This document shows, piece after piece, positions 58,390 through 64,000 of a DNA stretch of 64,000 bases; the stretch's first letter is position 1, and each line of letters begins with the position of its first letter. Location: NCBI GenBank assembly GCA_963662465.1, contig OY759599.1, positions 6,816,001 through 6,880,000 of the forward strand, in the 5' to 3' direction. This DNA is from Desulfatiglandales bacterium (GTDB taxonomy: Bacteria; Desulfobacterota; DSM-4660; Desulfatiglandales; Desulfatiglandaceae). Below the pieces are notes generated by a model, which saw nothing but the letters and a program-made list of their open reading frames with translations, was not told the origin of the DNA and did no database searches. The translations under genes and the position numbers were made by a program.

Positions 58390-60085
58390 ACCCTAAAACC
58401 TCCTTTAACAACCCTTGAGTTTCACCCAATGTACAGTCTGCCCGAAAGGCGTCGATCATGGCCGGCATGACCCGGCCGCAGGATTGCGGCCATTCGTTTT
58501 TCATCGCCAGAATGGCCGCACGCAAATGTTCCAATGCGGCCTGGGCCTTTTTTTCGTCCCGCTGTTCGCGGAAGGCCTTGACCCGTTCGATGGCGAATTT
58601 TTCCGTATCCGGCTTGATTTTGAACAGGGGTGGATGCACTTCGTCATCCACTGCGTATTTGTTCACACCGACAATGGGTCTCTTTCCGTCATCGATGGAC
58701 TCCTGCCATTTGCGCGCTTCCCTGGCGAGTTGGCTCCGGAACCAGCCGGACTCCCAGCATTTCAGATAGCCGCCTTTTTCTTCAATTTTGTCCAATAACC
58801 GGAGCGCTTCTTCCTCGATTTTCCGGGTCAGGGATTCCACATAGTATGATCCGCCCAGAGGATCCATAACATTGGCGATATTGGTCTCGTAGAACAGGAT
58901 CTGTCCGGTTCTCAGGGCGATTTGCGCCGCTTTCTGGGAGGGAATGTTGGAACATTCGTCATAGGAGGCGGCCCACACGCCGTCGGCGCCGGCGAGAACT
59001 TGGGCCAGGGCCATGATAGTCACCCGGATAATGTTGTTCTCCGGCTCCTTGTGGTGCAGTAGAGAACCGGCGGTTTGGGGGAAATTCCGTAAGCGCAGCG
59101 ATTCCGGGTTGGTGCAATTGAATTTATTTTTGAAGATGTTCGCCCACATTTTCCGCTTGGCCCTGAATTTGGCCACGGTTTCAAAAAGATCCAGGCTGGT
59201 GTGGTCGTGTCCGTAGTACCTGGGCACGAATTCGTCGGGATCGAGCCCTACGTTGATGCACTCCTGGGTGATGAACATGGCGGTGGCCAGGGTGAAAGCC
59301 ACTTCCTGGGCGGGGGTGGCGCCGGCTTCGCCGGGATTGTAACCGGTGACGCTGGCCACCTGGGACATGGGCACATGCTTTGTGAAGAACTTTACGCATT
59401 CGGATCCAATCTTGTACGCATGGCGGGGAGGATAGCCCGCGGCATCCCAGTACCAGGAATGGTACCACAGGTTGCTGACCTTCAGGCGCAACTTGTCCCA
59501 GGGTATCCCGTTTCTTTCCGCATAAACCAGGTACCCGGCAAGGATAGCGAGCTGCCCGTCCGGGCTGGCATAAAAAACTTCCATTTTGGTGAGGTCGCGG
59601 CCGTTGTACAGATCGTCGTAATCCCACATGGTGGAAAGGGACATGCCGTCTTTTCCAACACGGCCCCTGGCCTCGGGAGCGTCTGGATCGTATCCCTGCT
59701 GAGAGGGGATATCCAACGCAACGTTTTGAACCAGCAGTTTGTTGACGTCGTCCTGCCCGATAAAAAGACCCCACCCGATCCGTTCCAGGTACTCCATCCG
59801 TTCGCGGGTGTCCTTACTCATTCCAAGCGCTACGGGTTGGCGCATCATCCATCCATCGACCGTGTAGGGGACATTGCGAAATCCCCTGGTATAGGGATAC
59901 TCCCCGGGAATGGCGACATCATCAAAGCTGATCCCTTCCATGTCGGCAGGGGTGTACATGGGTTTTATGGGAATCCCGCCGGACGTTCTGGCCGAAATCT
60001 CCTCATCATCCACCGTATCCTTGATACGTTGCCGCCCCTGTTTTTCCATGGCCGCCGCTTTTTCCTTGACTGATTTTTCAAACAT
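58367..60085 (-). CDS. B12-dependent acyl-CoA mutase large subunit (MCM family, atypical)
   Basis: PGEYPYTRG, VGKDG, EAGATPAQE, AKFRA.R, DPLGGSYYVE, IVGVNKY. Confidence 0.9.
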   Translation of the reverse strand: MFEKSVKEKAAAMEKQGRQRIKDTVDDEEISARTSGGIPIKPMYTPADMEGISFDDVAIPGEYPYTRGFRNVPYTVDGWMMRQPVALGMSKDTRERMEYLERIGWGLFIGQDDVNKLLVQNVALDIPSQQGYDPDAPEARGRVGKDGMSLSTMWDYDDLYNGRDLTKMEVFYASPDGQLAILAGYLVYAERNGIPWDKLRLKVSNLWYHSWYWDAAGYPPRHAYKIGSECVKFFTKHVPMSQVASVTGYNPGEAGATPAQEVAFTLATAMFITQECINVGLDPDEFVPRYYGHDHTSLDLFETVAKFRAKRKMWANIFKNKFNCTNPESLRLRNFPQTAGSLLHHKEPENNIIRVTIMALAQVLAGADGVWAASYDECSNIPSQKAAQIALRTGQILFYETNIANVMDPLGGSYYVESLTRKIEEEALRLLDKIEEKGGYLKCWESGWFRSQLAREARKWQESIDDGKRPIVGVNKYAVDDEVHPPLFKIKPDTEKFAIERVKAFREQRDEKKAQAALEHLRAAILAMKNEWPQSCGRVMPAMIDAFRADCTLGETQGLLKEVLGYGYYGKG

Positions 60086-60137
60086 ATGACCTCCTAAGGT
60101 TGATATTTGTTTCTGGTTTTCCAGTGTTGCGCGCCAC

Positions 60138-61307
60138 CTAGGTTGCTTTTCCGGGACCGGCGCGGCGCTTTGACGAATCTATCGCGGTCTTTCTGACCTG
60201 TTGAACCATCTGAACCATCAAGTCCACAAGATAATCCGCCTTTTCACCTTCATTTTTTTTTCTTGAAACCACGGTCACCGGTCGTGTTTGAACCAGGAAG
60301 ATATTGGCGGGAAAGGGGAGATCCGGATCTACTGCCCACTCCATATCCTGGGGGGCGCCATAATGGGTCTCCAATTGGACCGCATACTCCGCCAGTTTGA
60401 TCGCCTCCATATCCGAAAGACAGGCCGCCTTTCGTTTGTCCGCGGGAACACTTTTTTCCTCTATGCCCGATGGACCGTAGTCGAGCAGTTTTTCCTTGTC
60501 GGAAATACTCTTTTTGATCAGGGTCATGGATTCTTTTTCGATGACGAATCGATCCGGCGCGACCAAACCCTGAACGATGCTTTCTCCCAGCCCCCAACTT
60601 CCTTCCAATACGACTTTCGACGGATCTCCGGTCAACGGGTGAACTGAAAACCCCACCCCCGCGGAGCGGGCATGAATCATTTGCAATACGGTGACCCCCA
60701 TAGCGCTGCCTTCGGCGGGAATATTCATTTTACGTCGATAGGTGATTGCCCGGGTGGTGAACTGGGAGGACCAGCATTGCACGATTTTTTCCACCAGATC
60801 CTCAGGACCCCGAACATTTAGAAAGCTATCGTATTGGCCGGCAAAGCTGGAGTCTTTCAGGTCTTCCGACAGCCCGCTGGACCTTACCGCCACCGGGACG
60901 TTCTCCGCTCCGGCGGCGCGGCATAATTCCTCATAACAGGAGATAATGTACCGACGCATGACATCGGGCAGGGTCTGGCTATCAATGATGTCGCGGATGA
61001 CCCGACTCTCTTCCTGGAGATCCGAGATATCGTTTCGATCAGGAGGGATACTTTCCATGTAACGATTGACCCGTGCGGCCGTGCCGGTCTCTTTCACAAA
61101 CCGGTTGTAGGCATCGGTTGTAATGGCAAAACCGTTCGGCACCGGCAGGCCGGCGTGCCGCATTTCCGCCAACTTGGCACTTTTTCCGCCCACCCTGTCA
61201 ACGGATATTTCGCCGATTTCATGAAACCAGACTACAAAATTATCTTTCACGAATTGCCTCCTCCAGATCTCTGTTGCACCGGGTTTCACCCCTGGCTCTG
61301 AAACCAC
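60138..61307 (-). CDS. PEP-synthase ATP-binding-domain protein (phenylphosphate synthase subunit B-like)
   Basis: VGGKSAKL, VPNGFAIT, AVRSS..ED..SFAGQ, QDMEW, QTRP; no His or PEP domain. Confidence 0.85.
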   Translation of the reverse strand: MVSEPGVKPGATEIWRRQFVKDNFVVWFHEIGEISVDRVGGKSAKLAEMRHAGLPVPNGFAITTDAYNRFVKETGTAARVNRYMESIPPDRNDISDLQEESRVIRDIIDSQTLPDVMRRYIISCYEELCRAAGAENVPVAVRSSGLSEDLKDSSFAGQYDSFLNVRGPEDLVEKIVQCWSSQFTTRAITYRRKMNIPAEGSAMGVTVLQMIHARSAGVGFSVHPLTGDPSKVVLEGSWGLGESIVQGLVAPDRFVIEKESMTLIKKSISDKEKLLDYGPSGIEEKSVPADKRKAACLSDMEAIKLAEYAVQLETHYGAPQDMEWAVDPDLPFPANIFLVQTRPVTVVSRKKNEGEKADYLVDLMVQMVQQVRKTAIDSSKRRAGPGKAT

Positions 61308-61316
61308 GGCAACTTC

Positions 61317-62996
61317 CTAATCATCCAGAAAATAAACGACGCCCATGTTGGCATCTACTCGGATACGCTGTCCGGTTTTAATCTTCTTCGTTCCTTCAAA
61401 TACATTGAGCACCACGGGAATGCCGAATTCACGGCCCACCACGGCCGCATGGGCCAGACTGCCGCCCCGATCGATCACCGCGCCTTTGATCAGATTGAAA
61501 ACCGGTGTCCAACTGGGCGCGGTATTGACGGCCACCAGAATATCGCCCTCCTCAACAAGGCGCAGATCTTTTTCATCCAAAATCACCCGTGCAGGTCCTT
61601 CGCAAATACCGGTTGACCCTACGACTCCATACAGGTCCGCCTTAAGTTCCGGATCCACCTCCGGCATGGCGCCCATGAGGGCTTTGAAAAATATGGGATC
61701 AGCGAGACTGGCCAAATGAGGACCGATCTCTTCGTGAGATACCCCTTCCTTGAGCAAGAAAGGCGGGTTCCCTTCCTCGCACCACCGGCCCCAGTCCGCA
61801 CGACGTTTTTCAATGATCGGGCGCAGGTCGTAGTGTTGGGGGGCGTAAATGATCTTGTGGATTTCGTCGGGAAGGAGAAAAAATATGTCTTCCTTTTTAT
61901 CAAAGGCGCCGGCGGCCACATACCGCTTACCGATGGCGATAAACGCTCTTCGGGTAATGGCAAAACAGTAGTCTTCACAGTAGTAGGAATGTTCTTCGCC
62001 ATAGGAACCGGCTTGCTGGGCAACTTTGAGCAATTTGGCGAAATAATCTTTTTGCTGGGCCGGAATCTTGGCCAAAATCTCCTTTTCGGCGGCTTCTCGT
62101 TCTTCTATGGCTTTTTTCCGCTGTTTTTCGAGATCGAATTCACTAGACCGTTTCATGTACATTTTGATGATGCCCAGGGGCGGAAATGGTTCCTCGATCC
62201 ATGAGGGATCGATCATCTCGGCCCGGCGCTGGCTTCGCCATCCGTCTTCCTGGAGAAATGCATAAAACTGATCGAGCCAAAGTTTGCCGCTTTCGTTTTC
62301 TTCCAGCAGGGGAATGATGTCTTTCGCGGAGTTTTCGGTCAGAATTTCGGAGATCCCCATCTCTTTGGCAGCTTTGGAAAGATTCCACATTCTGCGGTCC
62401 ACTTGAAAGATCTTGTTGTCGAAACCGGTTATCAACTTGAGAAAAGTGGGATGGGTGTCATCGATTTGCAGCAGCTGCTTGCATACGTTTTCAAGGAGAA
62501 CATAGGGGAACCAGGTGATGTACATACCGAGAACGTGAAAATACCACATCTTGCGCGTCACCGAAAAGCAGTCCTCCACATGCTCCCATAGTGCCCTGTT
62601 CGAAGCGTTGTCCACATCAAACTGTTTCAACCGCTCATAAAGCGGCATCAACTCCTTGACCAGCATGCCTTTCCAGTTCTTGTCGTAGTCCTCCAGATAG
62701 GGCTGAATGAAGCTCCTGAATTTTTTTTCCCTTTCCTTTGCCTCTTCGGGGTCATCGACCCGGGAAAAACCGTAATAAACACCTCCGTTTTTTAGCCGGA
62801 AAAACGTCGTTCTGGAAAACGGCAGACTGACCGCTTCCATAGCGCCGGCGCCGCCGTGATAGCAAAACATACCCCAATACCAGCCGAAAAGGGGGGTCCA
62901 CGGCGGGGTACAATGGCCTTCGTCCAACAGCCAGATGGGTGTTGCCTTAAAATCCAATTCCGGGTCAAAATCGATACACGTGGTCAGATCTTTCAT
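61317..62996 (-). CDS. PEP-utilising mobile-domain protein (phenylphosphate synthase subunit A-like)
   Basis: C-terminal GDILV..T.PSW...GGSLAHAAVVGREFGIP; large helical N-terminus. Confidence 0.82.
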   Translation of the reverse strand: MKDLTTCIDFDPELDFKATPIWLLDEGHCTPPWTPLFGWYWGMFCYHGGAGAMEAVSLPFSRTTFFRLKNGGVYYGFSRVDDPEEAKEREKKFRSFIQPYLEDYDKNWKGMLVKELMPLYERLKQFDVDNASNRALWEHVEDCFSVTRKMWYFHVLGMYITWFPYVLLENVCKQLLQIDDTHPTFLKLITGFDNKIFQVDRRMWNLSKAAKEMGISEILTENSAKDIIPLLEENESGKLWLDQFYAFLQEDGWRSQRRAEMIDPSWIEEPFPPLGIIKMYMKRSSEFDLEKQRKKAIEEREAAEKEILAKIPAQQKDYFAKLLKVAQQAGSYGEEHSYYCEDYCFAITRRAFIAIGKRYVAAGAFDKKEDIFFLLPDEIHKIIYAPQHYDLRPIIEKRRADWGRWCEEGNPPFLLKEGVSHEEIGPHLASLADPIFFKALMGAMPEVDPELKADLYGVVGSTGICEGPARVILDEKDLRLVEEGDILVAVNTAPSWTPVFNLIKGAVIDRGGSLAHAAVVGREFGIPVVLNVFEGTKKIKTGQRIRVDANMGVVYFLDD

Positions 62997-63409
62997 TTTT
63001 CTCCTCCTGTAACCGGTATGACTCGAATGGCGCAAATTTTACGAGTGCAAAGGAGCGCTCGTTACTTTTGCCTTAAGAAAATTCGGGTCGGTGAGCAATT
63101 AAGTTAGAAGTAATATAAAAAATTTCGACGCGACATTATCACCTTCTTATTCATTCGAAAACATGCCTGTTGCGAGTTCATACGCACATTGTTGAACCTG
63201 AAAGCCCGTTTAATAGAAGAAAGCCATGTCTATATTTAATGTAAGTGCTGAATAGTGTCAAGCGGAATCTTTCAATGCACAACATTTTTAATGCCTCAAG
63301 CCCAAATTCGGTCGCAAATGAGGTGAACGTTAGCCTATTGTCTCTGTTTTGCTGATGCCGTTTAAGTCAAGATGAAGTATCCATTGCCGAACAATAGGGT
63401 ATGGGAATG

Positions 63410-64000
63410 TTAACCGTTGTTCTTTTCCACTGTTGGGAGATCGCTTTCTCGCTGTGCCATGACCGTTTCAAATTCTCCCAACAGGGCCTGGGCAAATACG
63501 GTATCCTCCAGGTTGGCGTCGATTTCGATGAGTTCGACGCGGTCGTTGGTCAGCAGGCGTTTCAACTCATTGACGAATATCATGTCTTCTTCAGGTGCGT
63601 AGAGTACGCCCCCCGGGGAATCGAATCCGGACCACCCCTGCATCGGAATAAAAAATTTCACCGGGCCTTTGGCCTTATTGAGCTTTTCCGCTACGGTTCC
63701 GGCGGTCAGCAACAGCTCTTCTTCATTTAACCGGGTCCCCATACGCAGTTCGTCCAGTTTGAGAATCCTGGAGCGGGAGGCATATTTGGCGGCATTTTTC
63801 CGCGTTGGCCCGCAGCCGGTTTGATTCATGCCGCAGGGTGTCATTATGAGGGGAATACCTCTTTTTCCCGCCATCTCCAATCGATGGGGACCGCCTGGGC
63901 GATTGCCTTCAAACAGTTCATCGCTCACCCCCATCAAGGCGAGATCGATGACGGCGTCGAAAAAACCTTCACCCACCAGTTTCTCCATGGCCTGGTCTCC
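63410..64000 (-). CDS. Tm-1-like (UPF0261) ATP-binding protein, 5' end outside window
   Basis: RLEMAG..GIP, AEKLN.AKGPV..FIP..G.S, IDANL.D..FA. Confidence 0.75.
   Translation of the reverse strand, partial: GDQAMEKLVGEGFFDAVIDLALMGVSDELFEGNRPGGPHRLEMAGKRGIPLIMTPCGMNQTGCGPTRKNAAKYASRSRILKLDELRMGTRLNEEELLLTAGTVAEKLNKAKGPVKFFIPMQGWSGFDSPGGVLYAPEEDMIFVNELKRLLTNDRVELIEIDANLEDTVFAQALLGEFETVMAQRESDLPTVEKNNG

Noticed and set aside
36989..60073. Long plus-strand ORFs 36989-37897, 53829-54932 and 59201-60073
   Set aside because: Antisense shadows of well-supported minus-strand genes
1..64000. CRISPR array, tRNA or rRNA genes
   Set aside because: No regularly spaced repeats or RNA-gene signatures seen; the repeats present are IS ends, attC sites and MITEs

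Overview
The window has two parts. Positions 1-32.8 kb are an integron island dense with mobile elements. Its integrase gene intI (28714-32199, +) is split by an IS701-family element. A divergent minus-strand cassette array has 8 attC sites and about 9 cassettes, two of them gene-less. The island also holds three large complex IS21-family elements, one with a DnaG-type primase fused to IstA, plus an RHH-only mini-element, a large serine recombinase element, two copies of a 1798-bp DDE IS, a group II intron at the attI/first-cassette junction, and several MITE-like elements. Positions 32.8-64 kb are chromosomal genes: enoyl-CoA hydratase, an orphan TA cassette, PBP1A, RimK-like ligase, MtaD-like deaminase, aconitase/icd/gltA and an RhlE-type helicase. 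They end in a minus-strand catabolic cluster combining phenylphosphate-synthase-like subunits, a B12 acyl-CoA mutase with atypical active-site residues, MeaB, thiolase, CoA ligase, CobO and FadL. The gene content suggests an anaerobic Desulfobacterota-like host (inference). All family calls come from motifs recognised by eye; no database searches were run.
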